From Balanoglossus misakiensis (taxonomy: Eukaryota; Animalia; Hemichordata): DNA of 64,000 nt. Each line of letters opens with the position of its first letter. Positions within the stretch are counted from its first letter, which is position 1. Where the stretch lies: the NCBI GenBank assembly GCA_040954595.2, contig CM082578.2, forward strand, positions 12,648,520 to 12,712,519, given 5' to 3'. This document shows, piece by piece, positions 19,514 through 32,762 of the stretch. Position numbers and translations under genes: made by a program. Under the pieces are notes generated by a model. It was given only the letters and a program-made list of their open reading frames with translations, was not told where the DNA came from and did not search any database.

Positions 19514-22005
19514 TTTCAAACCGAGAGTAACACTTTTGAGTTCAAATATGGTGTTTTGGGGCATTTGCAAAAAAAATAAAAAAAGCCCACCCTCACTTTA
19601 CTCCAGTTGAAAATCACATTTCATAAATGCTGTTTTAGTTGTACATTTGTACCAACAAATAACATTCTTTTACGCACAGAGAGTAGAGCATGTTATTGTA
19701 GTTGTTTGTCCCTTAAACTGTAATTAGGGGGATAAGGTGATTTCTGTTTAACTTATAAATGTAAAATTTGTACAGTCAATTTTTACATGTGTGTTGATTT
19801 GACAATATTTTGGCCAATTCCTCTTTAAGGGTATTTTTTCCCTTCAAAGACTCAAAGCTCAAAGATTACATTCCAAGCAGTGAAGTGATGCACACACTGA
19901 ATCTAGAAAGCTCTACTGGACAACTTGTAGCAACTCTTCACACAAAAATAGTCCTGTTTCCAGTTCCACAATGCAGTACGCAGACCACACTCTAGTGTTA
20001 CCATGGACACCTTAAAGTTCACATTTTCATTGTTGTACATTGCGGGTATTTCATATTGTATCATTATCATGTAAAGCAATACATTTTAAACTTAAGTGAA
20101 GTTCAGGGACTTTTAGGTTGTTAATCCTTTGTGACTCACTTTGTTGGGCCGTTGAAATGCTTCAATGTTCTTGGAAATTTTCACATAATTCAAGCATTAA
20201 CTGATAATACTACCTCATGCAATTCTTAATGTTGTGTGGTGTACAAGGTTTTCCTCATGCTGTAATTTCTGTTGTCAATGTGACATGCTTTACGAGCGTT
20301 GTTTTTCAAATGCCCGTCTCACTCAGCTAGTCCTGTTCTGCATGCAACGCTATCAATAATTGCGACATTTGTAAATACACTTGCGATCAATAGTTGACAC
20401 ATTCGTGCACTCGTACTACCATGAAACTTATCAATGCAACTATAAGTCTGTTGTTTAAGTCTTATTCTTTCTACATTTCTATGGGAGAAAATGGTTTAAA
20501 TAATAAATTATTACTTGAATTACTGGTATTTTGTCTGTGTGTCCATTTCATCCACCTGGTGTGGAACTTGACCCTGAACCAGTGAAACCTCAGATTCCAA
20601 AGGTATGGAACCTGTGACTAACGGATTATGCCCCCATATGCTCCTGTAATTTACATACAGTATCATAATACTAAGTGGGAGCTAGCTTAAATCAACTCCT
20701 CCACAATATCTGGGGATGCAATAGACATTTAATTCCAATCAATAACTGTACAATAAGAATCATATTTACACAACTCTGTCTTTGCAACTAAAAATTTCAA
20801 GGTTTACTATTTAATTTATTTAATTCTTGGTGCCATATTAAAACTCCATATAAAAGCCACCCCTTCCGATCCCTTTCACCCCACAATAAATATTGGAACA
20901 GTCCATTGTTTTCATTGGTAGAGTGGTCATGATTCTGAGGGGGTACATGTATGTACTTCACTATTTCAGTAGCAGTAAAACACTAACATGTAAAAAACAT
21001 TTCTGTGTCTTTACAGAAATGATTTAATATCATTTTTCATGAGCAAACAACATGAATACCGTAATGCTGATAGGCTTGTGCACCACCCTCAAACCCACCC
21101 AACATCAACAAAATCTGCTTTGGAATGTCTTCATTGGTTGGCTAAAATGAGCTGTCAATATCAGAGCTACATCCATTGTCCATACATATGTATACAAATA
21201 GGCACAGTTATGAGTAAATGGGTAGTCACACTGGGGCCTGAGACATGTGAGATATGGGAGCCATCGATGCTGGTGTGGTGAACAAATTCACCTTTTAGTG
21301 AACAAAATTGCCTGCAAACTTAGCTATATGTGTGTATGTTTCATGCTTCCCTATCTCTTGCTAAGACTAGATGCAGGCGCAGGCCCCACGGCACGACTAA
21401 CCACTTTACACACAACTGCAGAAAGGCACTGAATTCACACATATAAATATTGCTTTCAGAAGTAACAGAAAAGCTCTTGTGATCGCTTGATATGCTTGGT
21501 GTCAGAGTGACCACTCCAACTTTGGATGCATTCCAACTACATCTCCGTATTTGACAAGTGGCTGACGAACAGAACCAAAACGACCAACAGAAAAAAATGT
21601 CGACACTGACTATGGTTGAGTGTGACAATGCATACACATTTTCCCCCAATGTGTTCTTGGAAACCAGTAGCCATTGAGCTCTTTCTACTGGGTTGGACGA
21701 AAATCCTGTGGACCTAAAAAGCGCTCAGTGCAGGCTGCTCTATCGATGCAGTTCAACTGGTGTGTCCAGCAGAGGGGCCTTTGATGATTGAGTATAAATC
21801 ACACCTTGGCTGAGGTTCATATAAGTACACTTGCACACCCTGGCTGAGGTTCATATGATAAGTACACTTGCTATACCTCTCACAAATACTGTATCACTCA
21901 TTTCACATGAAAAACCGTTCATAATAGCAGTATGGTCACTTTGAGGCAACAATTATGCACACTGGCTGCTGCAATTTTCTTCTTTTTTCCCCCTTTTCCC
22001 CCAAT

Positions 22006-25000
22006 CTACACAAGTTCATAGTATTTGCAACTTTTAGGGTCAAAGTAACAGTTGAGACAGGGATCGTACAGAAGTTCAAGTTCATCCTCTCCATCACTCT
22101 CTCCTTTGCCAGAATCATCCTTGCGACCATCGTCTTTGAGAGGACCTTCAATGAAATAAAACATAAACGTGGTGAAAAGTAATTCAAAATGGCCGCCAAT
22201 TTCTATGTTAACTCTATGGAGAACATTTAAATAAATAAAAAAAAGATGGTGAACACCCTGTTTTCTTCATAGTAAAAGCACTGCACCATTCCTACTCTGA
22301 AAATCTGTTAATACGAAATGAAACATAATAATCTTATTGGCGACTTATATTATGAAAAGAAATCGTGACTTACTTTTCACTTGCAAGGCCATGCTGTTTT
22401 GGTGCAGCTGTTCTGTTTTCATCTGTGCACTTGGAAGCACTATAGGTGGGCTGAAAACACTGGTCCAATCCCTGCCATTGCGGCATCACACACACAATAA
22501 TACGAGTTAACAGGATGTTTATGCACTACATGTATGAGGGCATGGAATTTGTCTCTTCTCAAAGGATTACGCTTGCATTCGGAATTGCTAGGGCACCAAT
22601 GTCAACTATTGTCATTTACACATAGCTCAAGCAAATTAAATTCAGCAGTCATATAACATTATATGGTCATCGTGCTCAATTTTGAGATGAACAGAATGCA
22701 CACGAACCTTGGGTTGGACTGATTGAGATATTCTGACTGTGATGAGGACGGTAGATGCATTTCATCTTGATAGTGACTGGCTAACATTGCTGGTGCCTGG
22801 AATAAAACAAATGATTGGATAGATGCATTAACACCTGAAATAAAGGGCTCACCATACATCACTTGTGGACAGAACAAATTTGGCAACACCAACAAGTTTA
22901 AGATGCAAATAAATAAACTTACTGGTCCCCTCCATGTGCTGAAACTTGTGTCATCGCTAGAACTGCTCAGGTCATCGTCGCCATAGTGATGTTGATGAGG
23001 ATCAATGTAAGGTCTTTCTGCATCATCGTCATCTTCAAATTCTTCATTCTGCTGCTTTTTCAAACTGGCCAGCATGTTTGCCTCGAATGAAGCCGATAGG
23101 TCATCATTTGGTGAGGCATACTTCCTCCAGTCATACTCCTGTGTGGAGAATAATTACATATAATGTTTAATAAATGAATATAAAATGATAAGTTAATTCA
23201 TAGTTGATTGATGAATGAATAAATGAATGAATGAATGGCTAATGTTCTGTCAATGACAACATGACTCAGAGCTTAAGTATTTTGCAACATCCATGACTTG
23301 TGGACAGAACAAAAAACCGATACAGCGATGCAGTTAATACCCCAGTATTCCAGAAATAACAAATTGACCTGTGTGGAATGAAACACCAGAACAAAGATCA
23401 CTTAAACTTACACTTGAGGCTCTAGTTGGACTGACGGCCGACAATCTGGCGTCGACGTCGTCTTTTGGGATCTCTCGGACTTTCTTGGAGCTGATACTAA
23501 GTCGTGACTGACTGTTTCCAGGAGTGGCTGATAGCTGATCGGGCAACAGCACACTGTGCATCTGCGGAACATGTAATCGTTGTGCGTCAGGACTTGGTGC
23601 CCGCTGCTGCGCTTTTGGACTTGGCGTCCGTCTCCGCACTTTCTGCCTCACGCTCGTCTCTTCCTCGTCTTCGTTACCATAGAAATCCTCTTCCGGCCTG
23701 GCACCCCTGGCTACCATGAGCGCTTGCTGGCTTTCTCTCAACAAGGCTACCTCGTTCTTCATGTTGGTCTTTGGGGGGGAAAAAATTCAGTAATATTGAT
23801 TTTCAGTTTTCACTGTAGCACCACGCATATACTTGTTCAGCTGCTTTTCACTGCTATTAAAATCCACATTTCCTCATGACTTATAATCTGAAGTCAAAAG
23901 TTTGGAGAGTAAAAGCAGTCTGTGAGGTCAAGTTCTAGACTTACCCAGATTGTTTTGTGATTGGCACCGAGGTGCGATTTCTCTTTCCTCATGGGTGCTG
24001 ACCTTGGCAATGATGTAAATGTGTACACACCTGATGTCTTATCACTATGAGAAGAAGAAGAACAGAAAATGATTCTAATGAAGAACAAAGTATAATGGGT
24101 CTACATTTTTGGGGATGCTACATCGATCGTATTACATACAAAAACTGAAAAGTTAATGGAAGGCACACTGATCAACAAAATGAGCTGGAACAGAAACAAA
24201 AATTGTTTCAGGTAGGTTTAGTTGATCTGAAACAAATAATTTATGGCAAATGGCTGGGTAAACTCATTATTCCTAAGTTCTTACCCCATATCTGATTGTT
24301 GTCCGTATTCAGACGTGACTGTTATATGATGGGATCTCTCCTCCAAAGATGAGTCTCCATCTGTTGTATCTGCAGCTGAAAGTAAACGGCATAACAGTAA
24401 GCACAAGGCCTGGCTATATTTTTCATGTGTTATACAAGTTAGTCAACTCAATAGGCTGCTTTCATGACCCCTATATGACCTTTACGTCACTGACATTTTC
24501 AACCTAAATACACACGTACACTTTACCAATTAGAAATCCAAAACTGTTCCCACTATCACACTATTCACTTACTTCCATTTTCGTGAACAGTGTCTTCATC
24601 ACTTCTTTTGCTGCTGCCGCTGTCTGTTTTCTGCCCATTTCTGTCAACTAGTCTCTCAATGTGTACGTGGTTGTGTCTTTTCCTCATCTCTCCAGATCCT
24701 GAACCAGACCCTTTTCGGTGGGATACAGTGCTCTCCTCTGCTGTTGCTTTGCTTTGCCTGCTCTCCTCCCTGTGTTGCTTCGAAGAGTGTCTGCTGCCTG
24801 CCTCTCCAGAACCTATTCTGTTAGACGGGTTTCTATTGGCTGCCTCTCCAGACCCTATTCTGTTAGAAGAATGTCTATTGGCTGCCTCTCCTGACCCTAC
24901 TCTGTTAGAAGAATGTCTATTGGCTGCCTCTGCTGACCCTACTCTGTTAGAAGAATGTCTATTGGCTGCTTCTGCTGACCCTATTCTGTTAGAAGAATGT

Positions 25001-28000
25001 CTATTGGCTGCTTCTGCTGAACCTATTCTGTTAGAAGAATGTCTACTTGCAGCATCTCCAGACCCTGTCCTGTTAGAAGCATGTCTACTGGCCATTTCAC
25101 CTGACCCTATCCTACTAGCAGTTGTATCTGTGTCATCCGAGGGCTCGTTGGCACCCTCCCCGGCTTTCTTGTTCCTCACTCGGACAACTCGCCTGGTGCG
25201 TTCACTGGATTTCTCTCTCGGCGGATGAGGTGTCAAGGCCGGATTTTCAATATTCATCCCTCTGGCTGTAAGCAATTCACCTAGACAAACATGGAAAAGG
25301 TGTGAAACGTTCCCATCAGAAAAGGGTAAGACAAAATCCACATTCTGTGACTCAAATTTCATCAAAAAACAGGAAGTTCCTCATGACGCAGATTGAATGA
25401 TGGGCTGCATGAAATGTACTGGAATCAGCCAACTTACTTTGCTCTGATGGTTCATTGCTGGTTTCATCTGAATTTGACTGGACGTTAATCTTGACGTGTT
25501 TCGATCCTGACAGAGATTGCAACAGCTCTGTAACAGAACACACAGCAGAGCAACAGTTATGACATGGAAAGAATGTAGAAATTCATATGCAAAGTGTAAA
25601 ACTCTAACATCACGTTTTCTGGTACAGTTACGGAACATATGTCATCTGATATTGTGTGTGCTACCTAACATATCCACAGTGATCCTGCTAGCTGCAGGCT
25701 ACACACTCACTGGGACAACTGAACATGTCTGATACAATCAATACTCACCATCAGGTCTCTTAGATTGAGTGCTTCTGCTGCTTCTACTACCACTGGCCTG
25801 AAAGCAACAGTGATGCAAAATGTTCTGCTTGTCATATGGGTAACATGTCATTCTCAGCAAATGCATACAATCACGTAGAACTTGGGCCAAACCACGGTAG
25901 AGAAAGGGTTAATAATAGGCACACTCTTACCTCCGGACCTCCACTGGACGGTTTCTTTGTTGAGATTGTGGGCACGGGAACTTTGGATCCAAAGGCTATG
26001 TGCATTGGTTTATCAGCGTTTTTAATTTTTTGACTTGCACCCAAGTCTGCAAAGGAATATTTAAGACAATGAATCTTCTAGGTGATCATCATCAATTGTT
26101 TCAATTACTTCATTGAAACCAAGAATTCATTCAACAAATTTGTATTACAGTCCTATATTTGAAGAAAAAAAAAAGATGGTTTACAATAAAGTAAAATTAT
26201 AATGTTGCCAGTCATGTCTCTTACCTGGATCAGTTGTAGATACGGGCCTGGTGCCAACTATTTCTCCCTTAAGTTTCATATCGGCTTGTCTAATCTTGTA
26301 CATAGATAGCACCTGCATAAAACATCACGTGTCATGTATGTTAACAGGTATCTGATGCATCAACATGCAATTGGGTATTGGGGTGAATTCATCAGCCATG
26401 GCAAATAGATCAGCACACATTTATCGTGTTTTCAGAATGTGTCATCGCACACTGCATGTGGGGATCAACTCTGGCAAACAGTGTGTAAAATGGAAACTCA
26501 CTAGCGCCATTTCACGCAGGATATCTGCCATGAAAAGTTTTTGCCCCATAAATTTCTGGTTCAAGTGAACCTATATATTATAGGCAAATTAATGCTTCAC
26601 TCAGTGCATAGTGCCTGGTCCCAGTGACATGCAAGTACTGACCTGTGTAAAATTATGCACATCGGGACCAAATTGAAAGGTCTTAGGCACGCTCTCTAAT
26701 TCTGTGGCATTTGTTGAAGTGTGGCAGTCGTAAAGCTCTGAAACAAAAAAGCACATTAATTTTCAGTAATCTACAGACAGGGTTGTATTGCAATTGGATA
26801 GTGGTTGTTATATGTTATTTTTTTACTTTACTAACCAGATGTATAGACACTGACAATGTTTTGTCACTCTGTCTAATGTTTGTACCTTAGGATACTTTTA
26901 CCAAAAGTTGCTTAATCAATCTAATCTCATTGTTATAGACAAACAAACAAACTAGCAATGTATAAGAGACACACACAAGTCACTGCAAGCTCACCATCAT
27001 CATCTGTGGTATCCGGAAGTTGGGCTTTCATGGTGAAGATTCTGCGGAGACGGCAGTTTGCAGTAATGGCGAGCGTGTCCAGTGACTTGAAAGTCTGCCC
27101 TTTGAAGACATCGCCAACCAGTGATAGTAAGTCAAGGCACATATTCAGCCACTGTGAAGAGATAGCACAGTCACTTTTCAAGGTCTTTGGCTACGTAAAC
27201 TTACAGAGATAATAAAGACACAGCCAGGACTTTATATATAAAAACTAATCTGGCCTTAACCCTGTCACCACCAGTTCCTGCTATAGCAGTCCAACCTTAC
27301 TATAGAAAACAATGGGTTTGGGCTGAACCACGGTGGTGAAAGGGTTAAGATGTAATCTCAGTCTAATATTTTCAGCAAAGACATACAACCGAATCCTTTG
27401 TACTGCAATTGTTACTCTGTGTGGTAGTAATGAGACATACATCATATAAGCAGACTTGGAAAATCATCTTTTGATGAATGATTTGGATTTGTGTGAAAGA
27501 CCCTTACCACTCCTCTTTTGAGAACACTCAATGGGATTTTTGCATGCAGCGGTGTAATGGAGATCTCTTTTTGTGCAGACGACAGGAACAGTCTTCTCTT
27601 GTTGTTGCCCATATCAGTGATGCTGTACAAAAAGATTCCAATGTTAAGAGTTAAGACCACTTAAACAGGGGCTATAATGCGAAATGTCATTTTTCATGAG
27701 TGATGGAGGTCCACAAACTAATTAATAAGGCAAATATTTAACATCATTCAAAACTTCTGACAGTAATTAAATTACATACTGAATTGTAATTGAATTACAA
27801 ACTTTTCTTATCTTAATTCTAATGAGAAAAATTACTTATGTTAATTCCATCAAGAACAGGTGCATACATGTACCTTGTGAATCTCATACTTCTGTAGGGG
27901 ACTATTTTGGAGCAATAATTGAGCTGTACTTACCTCAATTCAATTGAGAAATCAAGCCCTAGAGGCACCATAAGTTGAAGTATTAGATAACGCTGTATGA

Positions 28001-29180
28001 GAAGCACTGAAAAGTAACGGGCCAAAATTCAACATTATGATTTTTATGCTTACATGCTATGTCTACATGTAAGATTTAGTCAAATAACTTGGACTTCCTT
28101 GACTGGCATAATGGTACATGCTGTATACAGAAGTCACCTTTATATAAAGGCATTATGTTGTATCATCTCTGTGAACATACATATGAATATGTATTATTGA
28201 CCCAATACAGCTTTCAATTGAGAACAATAAAAGTTTAAAGTCTCCTGATAGCAAGTGATGGACTCCACAAAGAAATCAATCAATGTACTGCAGCAGTAAA
28301 ACCGTACATGACTGACACTTACAAGATTGTTTACTGTCTTTTGGAAGTTGCATCCTGGTTGTAGCAGTGCCTCCTTCGATCACGACTACGTAACTTTTCA
28401 CATCCTTATCATAAACCTGAGCATACATAGAATAGAGAGGAAGGGTTTATCTTACATCATCAGCAGAGTGTAAGATTGCATGATATACATACGTTGTCAG
28501 AAAGTTCCAGTGAGTACTATTGGTCTCATGAACGAAAATCAGCGATCAAGAACAATACGAATACTGACAGATACAACGTCTTCAATGGAGACCCACATGG
28601 ATTCTGTGAATCGACTATTTCAGGATCAAGTCACATTAAATGAACTAGCAATAAGCAACAGAATAAAAAGAGCATTACCTTTCTTACAGCTGAAGCACCT
28701 CCAGTTACTTTCCACTTAGAGACTGGATCTTTCCCTTGAACACTGAACACCTCAAAGTGGGGTCCACCCTAGATGACATCATGGTAAAACATGAAATGTT
28801 TTTTTTAATCAATTTTGTGTTAACAAAACTCAAAGGTATGAATACATTTATTTGTATATTTATTTATTTAATTTGTTTGTTTGTTTGTTTCACCTTTTTT
28901 AAATCACAGGCCCAATACATGAAATTTATGCATTTCGGATTCAGTGAGCATGGTTTTGCTTTAAAGTTTGGTTCACATTCATATTGAAATGTCACACAAA
29001 TGTCAGAGACTGTGGGAAACAATGTAAAATGTTTCTTTGAGTTCGAGGAGCAAGCTTGAACATGTTACCGTGTTTAAGATTATTGACTGGTCAGGTCAAG
29101 ATTTGAAAATGAAGCAAGGACTTGCAAATAATAAAAGTGACAACTGACAAACACTTTACCTGATAATCGTTTAGGAACAT
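22006..29180 (-). CDS. CFAP20DC: CFAP20 domain-containing protein (C3orf67 homolog), multi-exon
   Basis: MFLNDYQ|[15 protein letters not shown]...RMQLPKD...[10 protein letters not shown]...[15 protein letters not shown]...TPLHAKIPL...WLNMCLDL...[12 protein letters not shown], then a long low-complexity middle, and C-terminal [24 protein letters not shown], which matches the C3orf67 C-terminus. Confidence 0.93.
24783..25115 (-). repeat. Coding tandem repeat, 42-bp unit (14 aa GS[AG][10 protein letters not shown][IV]), ~8 copies, inside a CFAP20DC exon
   Basis: Unit ctgaccctactctgttagaagaatgtctattggctgcctctg is repeated with few substitutions in the central copies. Confidence 0.92.
27256..27348. 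mobile_element. ~85-bp piggyBac-like MITE with TTAA target duplication
   Basis: TTAA-CCCTGTCACCACC ... GGTGGTGAAAGGG-TTAA (13-bp TIR, 1 mismatch). Related copies or fragments lie at 7581-7651, ~9700-9731 and 25881-25912. Confidence 0.75.
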
Positions 29181-30056
29181 TTTGCTCTGAGTTGATCGCT
29201 CTTGCAATGGATGGTGGTTAGCTGGCGAGATCACATGTAGTGGCTACAGGTGCTTCAGTTCAGGTCCAGTCCAAATACTGTACTGTATGTACGAGGCAAA
29301 CCACACGATAGTTTGTTTACAAGTGTTCGTTGCAGTGTTTGGGGTAAGTATTCAAGGAAAACACAAATCTTAACTTTCACCCAACGCTCCAAATGCTTCT
29401 CCTCTCGCGACTTTCATCTATAGTGAAGTTCAAGTGCAAATAAATAGCTGTAGTGAAATATTTTTTTCAAACTGTAACCTCATTCCAGTTTACAAGTCGA
29501 TAATGTCAGCCATATTGCTGGAGAATGTAACGCATGCGCAATAATGTGCATGTGAATCAGCAATTTGCCTCTCAAGAGGGCGCCGTCAACAACTTCCGTC
29601 TAATTTTGCGCGCTGCCGCATGCACACAACAAAGGTCATAAAAATATATCTTTCAGCCACGTCATTTCTGTATATTCTTTGGTTTTGGAGTAATTGGGAC
29701 GCGGCTCAGTTGATTAATTAACTGTATGCAGGGCTTGGCTGTTTGACTGCACTGGGCAAATTCAGAATGAACTTTTACAATATGTGACAATGTAGATTGC
29801 ATGTGTAGTTTTCTTTCATGTAGTGCCACATGGCCACCCCAGCAACACAACTCTATAATTTCGCCGCTTGCTAGCTTTTTGGGGTGGCCATGCATGGCAT
29901 TCTGTAGTATATATAATTTTTGACTAGTGGTAATAAAGCTACCCCTACTAGACCTAAAAGCCATGGTGCTTGTCTGTGTTCATTTAGACCAGAGACAGCA
30001 ACTCGCAGCCAGCGCGGGTACGGTGGGAATGCAGCAGGACCCTGCTCATATCTGTT

Positions 30057-30143
30057 GTACGCAGCTAGCTGTACCGTGGGGGGGGGGGGGGGGTGATCAG
30101 CCACACACACACACACACACACACGGTACAGCTAGCTGCGTAC
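30057..30143. repeat. Perfect 22-bp inverted repeat enclosing a poly-G run and (CA)n
   Basis: gtacgcagctagctgtaccgtg (30057-30078) is the exact reverse complement of cacggtacagctagctgcgtac (30122-30143). Confidence 0.9.
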
Positions 30144-30309
30144 CACAGCCCCGCCCATGACCCCGGGAGGAGACCAGACTAGTCTAGACTGGTTTTCGCC
30201 GGTCTTTCTTTGCTCACTGGATGCAATAATTAGATAGACGCCTCATCGGTGCTTTTCATACATCAACGAGGCAGTGCCGAAGCAAGATATCAGCCAACAG
30301 CTCAGTTTG

Positions 30310-31110
30310 TCGATATTGCATTCAACATGTCGGGGAGAGAAGGTAATTCATTCGTCATTAGACCATTTTATATTCTTTTTCTCCATCTTCGAAATCGTGT
30401 AAAATGTAGTGATGTTTGTGATCAATATTTGGCCGCATCTAAACATTAAATTCACATCACATCTAAGCATCTTTTGCGAAATTCTGTCTGGACCGTAGGC
30501 CCTATTATCCTACATTATCAACTGTAGAGAGTCGATAAGAAAACCTAGTTTGCGCCCAGGCTGGTTTGAACCAGTCGGTCATGCACAGGCAATCGCATAT
30601 TCAACATGAAAGTGATTTATTCGTCATTGGACTTTTTTATATTCGTTTTCTTCATCTCCGACATTGTGTAAAATGTAGTGATTGATGCGCGCTTTTGATC
30701 AATATTTGACGATTTGCCGCTTTTTAAAAACATTTTATCATTCGACATTGTGTAAAATGAAGTGATGCTTGTGATTGATATTTGACGATTTTCCGCTTTT
30801 AAAAAACATTTTATGATGACCCAAATGTGCGAAATTCTGTCATTGAAAACAGTCCATTATCAACTTAGGGAGTCGATAAGAAAACATAATAGCTAGTGCG
30901 CTCAGGCTGGTTTGAGCCGGCCAGTCTGCTGTCACGCGATCGCTCAACATGTCAGGGCGGGAAGGCAATTTATTCATTCGTTAATAGACGATGAATATTC
31001 TTTTTTCTCTTCGTCTCCGACATTGTGTAAAATGTATTGACGTTTCTGATCAATATTTGACAATTTGCCGCTTTTTAAAAACTTTTTATGATGACCCAAT
31101 CAAGGTTAGT
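30310..31110 (+). repeat. Tandem partial duplications of the TMA7 exon-1/intron-1 unit
   Basis: Blocks tcaacatg... / cgacattgtgtaaaatgtagtgat / gatcaatatttgac / tatcaactta..gagtc.ataagaaaac recur at ~30320, 30600, 30740 and 30945, and again at 32700-32880. Confidence 0.8.
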
Positions 31111-32006
31111 GTTGGATGTTGGCCACGCCCAAATTATGCATGCGCCTGTTAAATAGGCTACCCTCACACTGTGTGGAGATACATGTTGTACTGAGTTGTT
31201 GGTCATGCCGGAGATGAATGTCTTTAAAAGGTGGCCATCTTTTTGAAGTACTATTAACTCTAAGACTAACGCAGACATCTCCACCCCACATTTACACACC
31301 GAAAAATTATCTCTGACAGTTATTAGATAATCATACTCTCATTTGTCCATTTCAGGTGGTAGGAAGAAGGGTTCGAAGCCAAAGAAAGACGATCATGAGG
31401 TAAATGTGCCAGACAGTCAGTCCGGATACATTGTGGGCTGGCATACTTATTGGACACAGAGATGTGTAAAAATTTGCTGGCGTTTGTCAACAAACAGATA
31501 TAATTCATGGATTATGTTATGTTTATTTGTATTTCAGGATGACCCAGAGATGAAACAAAAAACGAAGGAAGAGCAAAAGAAATCGCCAGAAACGAAAACA
31601 AAGTCTGGACAGAAAGGTTCTTCTGGTGAGACTCTAATTTAACTTGTAGTTTTTCATGCAGATGCAATAGCTATAACTTTCCGCTATGTTTTCATTTTTT
31701 GTGTGTATAATTGTGCAATTTCTTGTTCTACTCCCTGTAGTATGATTAAATAGCCAACATTGCGCTTGTCATCGTTAAGTGAATATGAGTAGCGACTGTT
31801 GTTTTGCTGACAAATGAATTCTAGTCCGGACTTGAATTCAATTTTCAGCAATATATATGACTATGCTGGCTGTAAACACGTAGGCTATGTTGGCAAGCGG
31901 TTTAAAACCAGAAATGTCGCATGTCCAACTGCACTGACAATTTATCTCCTCTCCCGCTGTCTTTCTTCCAGGTGGAGGTGGCACGAAGAAATCGGGAAAG
32001 AAGTGA
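30327..32006 (+). CDS. TMA7-like paralog, diverged but intact (60 aa). Exon 1 at 30327-30342 (or 30949-30964), then 31356-31399, 31538-31625, 31972-32006
   Basis: MSGREG|GRKKGSKPKKDDHE|DDPEMKQKTKEEQKKSPETKTKSGQKGSSG|GGGTKKSGKK*. Same intron phases as the neighbouring TMA7. Confidence 0.75.
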
Positions 32007-32762
32007 CACTTGCTCAAGTGGAAGAGGACAATCTTCCCTACAGCTGTGGCTGATTCCTACATAAAACACTGTCATTTGTTGTAGCATTTATGTTAGTTTG
32101 AATTTCAAATTCCAATCATGTTCAGAAAAATGTCTGTTTTGTAGTTGAAAGCATTCATTAGTGAAGTGTTTCAGACTATCATTCATTCAGATCTTTCATT
32201 AGTTGTATCATTTGTGATAGTTTGAATTTCATATAATATGTTCAGGATAATAAAATGTCTTTTATGTAGTTGAAAAGCGCGTTGGCATTTATTAGTGAAG
32301 TGTTTCAGACTGTATCATTCATTCAGATCTGTGTCTGTATCAGGTATGTGTGCATCTCTATTCATGAGAATGTATGTACACACGCAACAATCACTCAGAC
32401 ATGACAAATTTTGTGCAAACCAAAACTGTCGTTGCTACTGTGCGATTTGTCATACTTGCCGTTGGTGGCGACATATTGCTGGAGAATGAAGCGCATGCGT
32501 GATGATGTGGTACCTAACTTCGTTCATGTTTGCACGTTTCTGTGTTTCCGGCGCACAAATGAATGTAACCATGGATACTATTTGTTTGCCTTGTTTCTCT
32601 TTTCATTATCAAAAGATGACAATGTACTAACATAGTCAAAGTTACCAATATCAATACTTCACTCTTGTTCTATAAACACCCGGAAACGGATCATAATTAT
32701 CTTATCAACTTAGGGAGTCAATAAGAAAACCTCCTTTGCAGTCATTCACGATCACATTCAAC

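Noticed and set aside
24590-25228. 212-aa + strand ORF as an independent gene
   Set aside because: It is the antisense reading of the CFAP20DC repeat exon; a stop-free repeat unit explains its length.
30552-30585. tRNA/SINE B-box-like GGTTCAAACC on the minus strand
   Set aside because: The T-arm does not pair canonically and no cloverleaf or A box is visible.
30310-31110. CRISPR-like repeat array
   Set aside because: Eukaryotic context, long degenerate units derived from TMA7 exon 1/intron 1, and no cas genes.
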